From the NCBI GenBank assembly GCA_963666365.2, contig CAXXNF010000002.1:256001-320000 (forward strand): a stretch of 64,000 bases of DNA, given 5' to 3'. The DNA comes from Syntrophales bacterium (GTDB taxonomy: Bacteria > Desulfobacterota > Syntrophia > Syntrophales > UBA2210). A program made the translations under genes and the position numbers. Shown here piece by piece: positions 19,393 through 27,915 of the stretch. The first letter of the stretch is position 1; each line of letters starts with the position of its first letter. The notes beneath the pieces are model-generated. The model searched no databases. It had not been told where the DNA came from and saw only the letters and a program-made list of their open reading frames with translations.

Positions 19393-21060
19393 ATGGGAAG
19401 TAACACATATCTTGAACATTACGATTACTGTGTGCCGGCGAGCCTTCGCACGCCGCGTCTGTCCGTGGCCGAGCTTCTGCAGATACCCGCAAATGCCTAT
19501 CCCGACAAGGCGGCAACGAATTTTTACGGTACGGAGATTACCTTCTGGGAGCTTCGGGCGCTTTCAATTCGCATGGCCAATGCGCTGGCGAAATTGGGAA
19601 TAGAGAAAGGCGATCGCGTGGGACTGCATCTTCCCACCTGTCCCCAGTATGTCATCGCCTACTATGCCATTCTCACACTGGGAGCGATCGTGGTGAATCT
19701 CAATCCCATCTACACGGAAGAGGAGATCAAAGAGGTTGCCGAGAATGTGGACATGAAGGGGCTCGTTACCTCTGATCTTTCACTTGCCACGATACGTGCA
19801 CTCTGCAAAGCGACGTCGATCCCCCTGGTGATCGTCACAAAAATATCCGATTTTATGGATGGAAAAGAAAAAAGCACGGCAGAAAGCCTCGATCTCGAAG
19901 AGGGCTGGTATCATTATTCAACCATTCTGGATGGTTGTACCGATACCACCCGTCCTCGCGTCGAAGTAGATCCCGACGATCCGGCCCTCCTGCAGTTTAC
20001 GGGGGGCACCACCGGCGTGCCCAAGGGGGCCATTCTGACTCACTACAATGTGGTGTCGTCAATATTGCGCTGTTCCGTCTGGGGTAACGCGGCAATCCAG
20101 AATATTCCGCCGGAGCGGCGTTATGTGCTCTTGGTGCTGCCGCTTTTCCATGTGTACGGCAACATCGTGACCATGAATTGGGCTATATTCAACTGCACGA
20201 CCCAGATTCTGGTTCCCCGCTTCGATCTCGATGAAATAATGGGTATTCTGGCAAGCTTCAAGGAGATAACTTATTTTCCTGCCGTGCCGACCATGTTGAC
20301 GGCGATCATCAACCACCCCGATGTGGCTGAGCTGGGGCTTGGCAAGAAAATTGGATTTGTCAATTCGGGTGCCGCCCCCATGCCGGTGGAGCTTATCGAA
20401 AAAATCAAAGATATGGGCGTGTATTTCAGTGAGGGCTGGGGCATGACCGAGACCTGTTCCGCAGGAATCTCCAGTCCCACTTTGGGCCGTAAGAAGGTTG
20501 GGAGCATCGGCATCCCCTATCCCGACATGGAGGTTCGGTTGGTCGATGTGGAGGATGGTGTCACCGATGTGAAACAGGGCGAGCCCGGCGAGATCATCAT
20601 CAAGGGTCCCATGGTGATGAAAGGCTATTGGAACAATCCTGAAGAGACGGCAAACCAACTCAAAGATGGCTGGCTTTACACCGGCGACATTGCGGTTCAG
20701 GACGAGGACGGCTACTACTTTATCGTAGATCGCAAAAAGGACATGATCATTGCCGGTGGGTTCAACATCTATCCGCGAGAGATCGACGAAGTACTGCACC
20801 AGCATCAGAAGATCGCCCAGGCGATATCGGTGGGTGTCCATGACGACTACCGCGGCGAAACGGTAAAGGCCTTCATCGTATTAAAGGAAGGTGAAGCGAT
20901 GACCGAGAGGGAGGTGATCGCCTTCTGCAAGGAAAAGCTGGTGGCCTACAAGGTGCCGAAGCTGGTTGAGTTCCGTGATTCTCTTCCCCAGTCCGCCGTG
21001 GGCAAGGTCCTGCGAAAGGTGTTGAGAGAGGAAGAAGAAGCGAAGAAGAAAAAGAGTTAG
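19393..21060 (+). CDS. Long-chain-fatty-acid--CoA ligase family protein (copy 1)
   Basis: 'QFTGGTTGVPKG', 'GWGMTET', 'YTGD', 'GGFNIYPREI', 'PQSAVGK'; RBS GGGAGG. Confidence 0.94.
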   Translation: MGSNTYLEHYDYCVPASLRTPRLSVAELLQIPANAYPDKAATNFYGTEITFWELRALSIRMANALAKLGIEKGDRVGLHLPTCPQYVIAYYAILTLGAIVVNLNPIYTEEEIKEVAENVDMKGLVTSDLSLATIRALCKATSIPLVIVTKISDFMDGKEKSTAESLDLEEGWYHYSTILDGCTDTTRPRVEVDPDDPALLQFTGGTTGVPKGAILTHYNVVSSILRCSVWGNAAIQNIPPERRYVLLVLPLFHVYGNIVTMNWAIFNCTTQILVPRFDLDEIMGILASFKEITYFPAVPTMLTAIINHPDVAELGLGKKIGFVNSGAAPMPVELIEKIKDMGVYFSEGWGMTETCSAGISSPTLGRKKVGSIGIPYPDMEVRLVDVEDGVTDVKQGEPGEIIIKGPMVMKGYWNNPEETANQLKDGWLYTGDIAVQDEDGYYFIVDRKKDMIIAGGFNIYPREIDEVLHQHQKIAQAISVGVHDDYRGETVKAFIVLKEGEAMTEREVIAFCKEKLVAYKVPKLVEFRDSLPQSAVGKVLRKVLREEEEAKKKKS

Positions 21061-21067
21061 CGGAAGA

Positions 21068-21103
21068 GGCTCTCCCTGGAATGCGTGCATTGTGGGGAGA
21101 GCC
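21068..21103 (+). terminator. Stem-loop after ligase copy 1
   Basis: GGCTCTCCC...GGGAGAGCC 9-bp stem followed by GTTCTCT. Confidence 0.5.
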
Positions 21104-21426
21104 GTTCTCTATGATAATCTCGCGACAATCCAATGGTGCCAGTCTGCTAAGAGATATCCTTAGTTCTTACAACATTGAGCTCAAAAATCTAAGATATTAG
21201 TTAACTGTAAATCCGTGTCTCGCCGATTATATTGGGTGCTGATTTCGCGTATTAAGTATCATGATTCGGATGAGATGAAGCCCTGTATGAATATGGGTGC
21301 CACGGGTCCTTTTGGGGATTGTCTTTAATGTGACGGAGCCTGGGTTATCGAAGAATTAGAGAGGGTGGACTGCTTATTTTTGCAGATGAAAGAAAATGCG
21401 TTTTTAGGAAGAAAGGAGATGGTAGT

Positions 21427-22782
21427 ATGAAAAGTATATGGAAAAGTCGTTTCACAGTAGTGTGTCTCGTGTGCCTCTGTGCCGTGGGCATATCATTAAT
21501 GGGAGTATCCGGCGTACAGGCGGCAATGCCGGCCTTCGATTTCAGTAAGATGTCCGATATGTCGGGGTTTGATCCGAGCAGCTTTGAAAACCCCACCGGC
21601 GATGTGGTCAAGATCGGTGTTGTCGAGGCCTTTTCGGGACCCGGCGCCTTTAACGGACAGATTTACTGGATGGTCAACAGCTGGGTTGCCTACGACTACA
21701 ACAAGCGGGGCGGCGTCATGGTGGACGGTAAAAAGAAACAGATCGCCGTCATCAAGGGAGACAGCCAGGGTAAACCGGCCATCTGCAAAAAGATTACGGA
21801 GAAACTCTGTCTCGAAGATAAAGTCGATCTGATCTTTGGAACGGCGGGAAGTCATCTGACGCTGATCGTGCAACAGACTGCGAAGAAATACAAAACTGTT
21901 TTCATGAATACGTTGTCGGTTTCTGATGCCCTCATGGATGCAAAAAACTTCAATCGCTATTCATTCAGAACCACCCTCACCACAAAATCGATCGGTATGG
22001 GCATGGCCTATTTCTATTCCAAACGGCCGGAAACAAAATTTTATATTCTGAATCAGGATTATTCTTTTGGACATGATGCGGCGCAGGTGTTTAAAGATGC
22101 ACTGAAAAAATATAAACCGGAAGCCCAGGTTGTGGGTGAAGATTATCATCCCCTTTTCCTGAAAGATTTTGCACCCTATATCACAAAGATTATGGCCTCG
22201 GGGGCGGAAGTCATCTTCACCGGCGACTGGTCGCCCGATGCACAGAATCTGCTGGTGCAGTCACGCCAGTTGGGATGTAAACTGCCCTATGCCAATGTAT
22301 ACATGGATGCGCCGGCAACACTGGCCGCCGTCGGTGGAGAAGGCACAAGAGGACTGGTGAATCTGAACGACCATCATATGACAACCGGTACACCGGAGCT
22401 GGAAAAGTATATAGAAGTAGTTCACAACACCTGGAAAAACTGGAAGGCGCCCTATGACACCATCATGTGGGCCTGGCCTGTCGGCGCCGGTTATAAAGCA
22501 CTGGTAATGGATTACTGGATGATGGACGTAGTTGAGCGGGCCGGCAGCACCGATCCGGAAAAGATCATCAAAACCTGGGAAGGGGATACCTATAAGGCAA
22601 TCAATGGCGTGGTGCACATGCGTGCCTGCGATCATCAGATGGTCCGTGATCTTTTTGTGGCGGAATACGAATTCCCCAACAAATACTATGATGACGCCGC
22701 CGCGCCCGGCAAGCCCTTTATCGTGCCGGCTGAACATGCGTTTGCGGCTCCTCCTGCCGACCTCGAACGGTGCAAGAAGTAG
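21427..22782 (+). CDS. ABC substrate-binding protein, LivK/PBP1 branched-chain/aromatic acid type (copy 2)
   Basis: Signal peptide ending 'VQAA', 'KIGVVEAFSGP', 'NQDYSFG', 'DFAPYITKI', 'MRACDHQ'. Confidence 0.92.
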   Translation: MKSIWKSRFTVVCLVCLCAVGISLMGVSGVQAAMPAFDFSKMSDMSGFDPSSFENPTGDVVKIGVVEAFSGPGAFNGQIYWMVNSWVAYDYNKRGGVMVDGKKKQIAVIKGDSQGKPAICKKITEKLCLEDKVDLIFGTAGSHLTLIVQQTAKKYKTVFMNTLSVSDALMDAKNFNRYSFRTTLTTKSIGMGMAYFYSKRPETKFYILNQDYSFGHDAAQVFKDALKKYKPEAQVVGEDYHPLFLKDFAPYITKIMASGAEVIFTGDWSPDAQNLLVQSRQLGCKLPYANVYMDAPATLAAVGGEGTRGLVNLNDHHMTTGTPELEKYIEVVHNTWKNWKAPYDTIMWAWPVGAGYKALVMDYWMMDVVERAGSTDPEKIIKTWEGDTYKAINGVVHMRACDHQMVRDLFVAEYEFPNKYYDDAAAPGKPFIVPAEHAFAAPPADLERCKK

Positions 22783-22813
22783 AACGGCAGCACTACAACA
22801 GAATGTGTAACAC

Positions 22814-22851
22814 AAAAGCGGCGCTCGGGAGGTTCGGGCGCCGCCTTTTTT
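22814..22851 (+). terminator. Rho-independent terminator
   Basis: GCGGCGCTCG...CGGGCGCCGC stem followed by T run. Confidence 0.7.
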
Positions 22852-22948
22852 CTGAAAAGCAGACAATGAAAAACCCTGTATGAGTTGGACAGAGCAATAT
22901 GATTGCGATATAGAAGTAATCTAATGAAATGCACGAGGCAGAAGAAAA

Positions 22949-23200
22949 GGCAACGCACGTTTCGTCAATCAGCCTATTGGGGGTAATGTGAGGCAATGAC
23001 AGGAGATTACGGGGTATGAGGAGCAAGAGCTTTTGACGCACCACCGCATGAAGTTTGTCCATCCCGACGATAGGGATGCGATTTATGAACGTGTGCAGCG
23101 AAGGTTCCAGGGTGAGTTGATTCCCCGCATGTACCCCTACCGGATTGTCTGCAAAAACGGTTCTGTTAAGTGGGTTGAGGTGAATACGGTTTTTATTATC
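22949..23200 (+). pseudogene. Isolated PAS-domain remnant
   Basis: 'RFVNQ..*QEITGYEEQELL..KFVHPDDR..RRFQGE..YPYRIVCKNGSVKWVE'; in-frame TGA 22997-22999; resembles the PAS domains of 17537 and 33711. Confidence 0.7.
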
Positions 23201-23286
23201 CATTCAAAAACAGGCATAAAATGCCAAAGTCTTTTTAATAGTTTAATCGGTACCAAAATAATTCTTACATAGGGAGATAGACCTCA

Positions 23287-24582
23287 ATGGAAACAGTAAA
23301 ACCAGGACCCCTTTCCAATGTGAACGTACTGGATTTCACATGGGTGCTTGCGGGGCCGCATGCAGCAAAGACGTTGACGGACATGGGCGCACAGGTCATC
23401 AAAGTGGAGAAGTATAAAGCGGGCACCAATGAGCGGCATCAGGCGCTTCAGGTGGAAAAAAACGGCATCACCCAGTGTTCTTATCATCTTAATTTAAATC
23501 GCGGAAAAAAGAGCGTCTGTATCAATCTGAAACATCCCAAAGGTATAGAGCTGATCCACGAGTTGATAAAAAAAAGCGACATTATCATAGAAAACTTTTC
23601 TCCCCTGGTGATGGGCAGGCTGGGATTGGATTATGAGGGTGCCAGAAAAATCAAACCGAACATCATCTATTGTTCCATTTCTGCATGGGGGCATTTTGGC
23701 CCCAATAGCGACAAACCCGGTTATGACGCCATCGCCCAGGCGGCGAGCGGATGGATCGGACTTACTGCGAAGAAAGTGGGAGCGCCCGTGGCTATAGGAG
23801 ATACTATGGCGGCCATGCACGCCTGTACAGCCATATTGGGAGCCCTGTATCACAGAACACTTACGGGCGAGGGGCAGAACATTGATATTTCGCTGGTAGA
23901 CTGTCTTTTTTCTATCCACGAAACCTCTTTTCCCGCCTACTGGATCAGCGAGGCGGCAGGTAAACCTTTCATCATGCCGGGAACCGACCAGAAAAGTCCC
24001 ACGTCGTCCCCCTATGGGGTCTATAATGGTAAAAACGGCGCCATATCGATTGCGCTGCTCTCGGATAACCGATGGCCGGAGCTTGTGGATCTTATGGGAC
24101 CCGGCTATGAATGGCTGAAAACGGATCCTCGTACCATCGATGTTGCAGCGCGCTGTAAAAACGAGAATGTCTTCCTCGTCCATGACGCCCTGGAGTCATG
24201 GGTCATGTCGCAGGGTTCGGTGGAGGAGGCGGAAGGAAAACTGGAAGGGGTCGGGATACCCTGCTGTCGCGTGAAGACCATACCCGAATTGGCTACTACC
24301 GATCCCCATCTGGGGGCGCGCGGGATGCGCGTAAAGAAGGTGCAACCGTTCATTGGACCGATCACCATGAGCGGAAGCCCTCTGAAGTTTTCCGAAACAC
24401 CTGCCATGATACGGGGGTACGCCCCGTTTCTGGGGGAACACAACCGTGAAGTTCTCGGTTCCTTTCTTGACTATTCGAAGGAACAAATCGAGGCGCTTTA
24501 CAAAGAAGATGTGCTCTATCATGCCCCGGAGGTGGAAAAACTGCCGGAGGAATTAAAAAGGATTGCGGAGAACGCCGCGTGA
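23287..24582 (+). CDS. Family III CoA-transferase (CaiB/BaiF)
   Basis: 'VLDFTWVLAGP', 'MGAQVIKVE', 'NRGKKS', 'ENF', 'GYDAIAQA', catalytic Asp in 'IGDTMAA', 'APFLGEH'. Confidence 0.95.
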   Translation: METVKPGPLSNVNVLDFTWVLAGPHAAKTLTDMGAQVIKVEKYKAGTNERHQALQVEKNGITQCSYHLNLNRGKKSVCINLKHPKGIELIHELIKKSDIIIENFSPLVMGRLGLDYEGARKIKPNIIYCSISAWGHFGPNSDKPGYDAIAQAASGWIGLTAKKVGAPVAIGDTMAAMHACTAILGALYHRTLTGEGQNIDISLVDCLFSIHETSFPAYWISEAAGKPFIMPGTDQKSPTSSPYGVYNGKNGAISIALLSDNRWPELVDLMGPGYEWLKTDPRTIDVAARCKNENVFLVHDALESWVMSQGSVEEAEGKLEGVGIPCCRVKTIPELATTDPHLGARGMRVKKVQPFIGPITMSGSPLKFSETPAMIRGYAPFLGEHNREVLGSFLDYSKEQIEALYKEDVLYHAPEVEKLPEELKRIAENAA

Positions 24583-24626
24583 AACTGAACGTAACTATCG
24601 TTTAATAACAGGAAGGAGAAGTTGTA

Positions 24627-26168
24627 ATGATCAAAACAGTAGAACAGTACCTTGAAAGTTTAAATGACGGGCGTGAAGTCTGGTGCCTGGGAGAAAAGGT
24701 TGCCGACGTGCGGACCCATCCGACAATCAGCACCATCATCAGAATGGCTACGATGGATTATGTCCTGCCGAATCATCAGGATTACAGGGATATCTTTGTG
24801 ACTCAGGACGAAGACGGTGAGGATATCAATTTTCTTCTCACGTCGCCGAAGACGTCTGAAGACATGCTGCGGCGCCGCGAATGCTATCTGGCGGGCATGA
24901 GATCGGGCGGTGGCGTTCTCGTTCATTGCATGGGCGCCGATGCGCTGGCCTCATTCAGTGTCGCCGCCGAGGTTATGGACAAGAAACTGGGCACGGGATA
25001 CATGGAGCGTGTCGAGCAGTACCGTAGGCACCTTCAGAAGAACGACCTGGCCCTGACCGGTGCCATTACGGATGTGAAGGGAGACAGAAGCCTGCATCCC
25101 TCACAGCAGAAGCAGCACCAGGACTTTTATGTGCGAGTAGTGGATAAACAGAAGGATGGCATTATAGTCCGCGGAGCCAAGGTGCATATCAGCGCATCCC
25201 CCTGCGCCAACGAACTGCTCTGCCTGCCCTGCCGGACCCACGGGGAAGCGGACCAGGATTACGCCCTTGCCTTTGCCGTGCCCGTCAATACGCCTGGGGT
25301 GAAGCTTCTGGGCGTGGAGCCGAATGTCCGTTTGTACGGCGAAGAATGCGAATTCGACTATCCCTATTCGGATCATTTGCAGCCGTCGGAGTCTCTGGTC
25401 ATTTTCGATGACGTATTTGTGCCTTGGGAGCGTGTATTCATGTGCGGCGAGTGGCAGTATTCCCAGGTGCTGGCCTATGCCTTTGCCAGCTATCACCGCC
25501 TTTTCGGTACCTGCAAGATGACGAGTACCCTCGAGATAATGACCGGTGCGGCGAGTCTGATCGCCGAATACAATGGTGTCCGGAATGTGCCCCACGTGAG
25601 GAAGAAACTGGCCTGGATGGCCTATATCACCGAAACGGTGCAGATGCTGGGGAAACAGGCCTGTCTCGATCCGGTCACGGAATTCGGCATGGATGTGATG
25701 ATGCCGAACCGCATGGCCATCAATTCGTCGAAATTCACCTATGCGAGTAATTTCCATCAGATGGTACAGCACATGCAGGATATCGGCGGCGGATTGACCA
25801 CCACCGTACCGGCCTTCCGTGATTGGAAGAACCCGGAGATACAGCCCTTCATCGAGAAATATCTGGCGGCGAAAGACGGGATTTCCACAGAGGAACGGAT
25901 GCGCATGTTGCGGCTCATCAAGGATGTAACGGGAAATCACTGGGAAACCGACACCATTCACGGGGAAGGATCCATGGCGGCGCAGGAGATGTTCCTGTTC
26001 GGCAGTGCCGACTGGAATAAGCTGCATTCGGCGGCGAAACGGGCTGCCCATATCGACGGGTGGCAGGATGATGCCGTATACGGCAAGCTTCCCCTGCGGA
26101 AGGATTATGTAACTATGCCTTCTATCGATGAATCCTATGAAAGCATCGCAATGACGGCAAAGAAATAA
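24627..26168 (+). CDS. 4-hydroxybutyryl-CoA dehydratase (AbfD)/HpaB-family flavoprotein, divergent
   Basis: 'YLESL', 'CMGADA', 'AITDVKGDRS', 'RGAKVH', 'FDDVFVPWERVF', 'YHR...CK', 'HGEGSMAAQ'. Confidence 0.88.
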   Translation: MIKTVEQYLESLNDGREVWCLGEKVADVRTHPTISTIIRMATMDYVLPNHQDYRDIFVTQDEDGEDINFLLTSPKTSEDMLRRRECYLAGMRSGGGVLVHCMGADALASFSVAAEVMDKKLGTGYMERVEQYRRHLQKNDLALTGAITDVKGDRSLHPSQQKQHQDFYVRVVDKQKDGIIVRGAKVHISASPCANELLCLPCRTHGEADQDYALAFAVPVNTPGVKLLGVEPNVRLYGEECEFDYPYSDHLQPSESLVIFDDVFVPWERVFMCGEWQYSQVLAYAFASYHRLFGTCKMTSTLEIMTGAASLIAEYNGVRNVPHVRKKLAWMAYITETVQMLGKQACLDPVTEFGMDVMMPNRMAINSSKFTYASNFHQMVQHMQDIGGGLTTTVPAFRDWKNPEIQPFIEKYLAAKDGISTEERMRMLRLIKDVTGNHWETDTIHGEGSMAAQEMFLFGSADWNKLHSAAKRAAHIDGWQDDAVYGKLPLRKDYVTMPSIDESYESIAMTAKK

Positions 26169-26173
26169 CTCGC

Positions 26174-26215
26174 TCCTTTTCCGCCCGGGAATGTGCTTCC
26201 CGGGTGGAAAAGGGA
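26174..26215 (+). terminator. Strong stem-loop after the dehydratase-like gene
   Basis: TCCTTTTCCGCCCGGGAA...TTCCCGGGTGGAAAAGGGA inverted repeat. Confidence 0.65.
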
Positions 26216-26271
26216 CTTCAGATTTGCAAATAACCTGCCCATACGTGCATCACAACGGTCAAATAGATAGG

Positions 26272-26284
26272 CAATTAATTGATT
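26272..26284. promoter_or_regulatory. Candidate IHF binding site
   Basis: CAATTAATTGATT matches YAANNNNTTGATW in an AT-rich region upstream of 26470. Confidence 0.35.
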
Positions 26285-26469
26285 ATTAGTTGATTATTTT
26301 ATTGGCCAAATATATCTTCACATATCAACCAAAATATTATATTGTACTAAGCAAAAAGAAGAGGTATATACTCCATACGCGGAGCGATATATTAACCGAT
26401 GGTGTTGATGATGTGTTACACCGGGCAACTGCAAGTGGTTGGTAAAACCACCCAAAAAGGAGGACATGC

Positions 26470-27825
26470 ATGGGTTTTTTAATTAGAAGAAAGATTACTT
26501 TTGTGGGTTTGATCTGTCTTTGCGCCATTGCGGCAGCGACAATTGGCGCAGTGGGCGTACAGGCGGCCATGCCGGCATTTGACGTCAATAAAGTGTCCGA
26601 TATGAGCGGGTACGATCCGACCACCTTCGAAAACCCAACCGGTGATGTTATAAAGATCGGTGTGGTCGAGGCGTTTTCCGGTCCTGCTGCCTTTAACGGC
26701 CAGATTTACTGGATGGTGAATACGTGGCTTGCCTATGATATCAACAAACGCGGCGGCATTATGGTAGACGGCAAGAAGAAAAAGATTGCCGTCATCAAGG
26801 GTGACAGCCAGGCAAAACCGGCAAATTGCAAAAAGGTTACAGAAAAGCTCTGTCTTGAGGACAAGGTGGATCTGCTCTTTGGAACTGCAGGCAGCCATCT
26901 GACCCTGATCGTTCAGCAGGTGGCGGAGAAATACAAAACAGTATTCATGAATCCCATGTCGCTTTCCGATGCACTGATGGATGCGAAAAACTTCAGCCCC
27001 TATACCTTCAGGACGACGATTACGACGAAGTCAATCGGTATGGGAATGGCCTATTTCTACTCGAAAAGACCGGAAAATAAATTTTACATATTGAACCAGG
27101 ATTATTCCTACGGTCATCTCATGGCGGAGGCCTTTAAGGAGTCATTGAAAAAATACAAACCCAACGCGGAAATCGTGGGAGAAGATTTTCACCCCCTCTT
27201 CATCAAGGATTTCGCGCCCTATCTTACAAAAATACAGGCTTCGGGCGCCGAGGTGATTTTCAGCGGCGATTGGGCCCCCGACGCACAGAATCTCCTGATG
27301 CAGGCCCGTCAGATGAAATGCATGCTTCCCTTCGCCAATATCTATATGGATGCGCCGGCACAGCTTGTCGCAGTGGGTGTCGAGGGGTCGAAGGGAATGG
27401 TGAATCTTAACGATCACCATATGACGATCGGAACGCCGGAAATGGATAAATTTATCGATCTTTACCACAATGTAGCGACGAAATGGAAAGCCCCCTACGA
27501 CACCATCATGTGGGTGTGGCCGCTGGGCGCCGGCGCCAAGACAATGATCATGGGCTACTGGATGTGGGATGTGGTCGAACGTGCGGAAAGCGCAGATGCC
27601 GAGAAAATAATCAAAACCTGGGAGGGAGACACTTACAAGGCCCTCAACGGCATAGTCCATATGAGGGCCTGCGATCATCAGGTCGTACGCGATGTCTACG
27701 TTGCGGAGTATGTCTATCCCAACCCGTACTACAAGGATGCAGCCGCGCCGGGAAAACCCTTTGTCGTACCGGCCGAATTCGCTATTCCCCCACCGCCGGC
27801 TGATCTGGAACGGTGCAAGAAGTAA
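26470..27825 (+). CDS. ABC substrate-binding protein, LivK/PBP1 type (copy 3)
   Basis: Collinear 451-aa paralogue of 21427 with the same motifs. Confidence 0.92.
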   Translation: MGFLIRRKITFVGLICLCAIAAATIGAVGVQAAMPAFDVNKVSDMSGYDPTTFENPTGDVIKIGVVEAFSGPAAFNGQIYWMVNTWLAYDINKRGGIMVDGKKKKIAVIKGDSQAKPANCKKVTEKLCLEDKVDLLFGTAGSHLTLIVQQVAEKYKTVFMNPMSLSDALMDAKNFSPYTFRTTITTKSIGMGMAYFYSKRPENKFYILNQDYSYGHLMAEAFKESLKKYKPNAEIVGEDFHPLFIKDFAPYLTKIQASGAEVIFSGDWAPDAQNLLMQARQMKCMLPFANIYMDAPAQLVAVGVEGSKGMVNLNDHHMTIGTPEMDKFIDLYHNVATKWKAPYDTIMWVWPLGAGAKTMIMGYWMWDVVERAESADAEKIIKTWEGDTYKALNGIVHMRACDHQVVRDVYVAEYVYPNPYYKDAAAPGKPFVVPAEFAIPPPPADLERCKK

Positions 27826-27849
27826 GGTGCGCGTTTAGAATGTTGATCC

Positions 27850-27886
27850 AAACGGTACTCGAGATGGCCTTCGAGTACCGTTTTTT
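27850..27886 (+). terminator. Terminator/attenuating hairpin between binding protein and ligase
   Basis: AAACGGTACTCGA...TCGAGTACCGTTT followed by T run. Confidence 0.7.
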
Positions 27887-27915
27887 AATATCTTCATAAA
27901 GGAAAGGTTCATAAA

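Noticed and set aside
21134..21149. Sigma54 promoter (TGGTGCCAGTCTGCT)
   Set aside because: GG-to-GC spacing is 9 nt rather than the required 10
22997..22999. In-frame TGA in the PAS remnant as selenocysteine
   Set aside because: Not at a Cys-equivalent position, lies in an apparent insertion, no convincing SECIS hairpin seen
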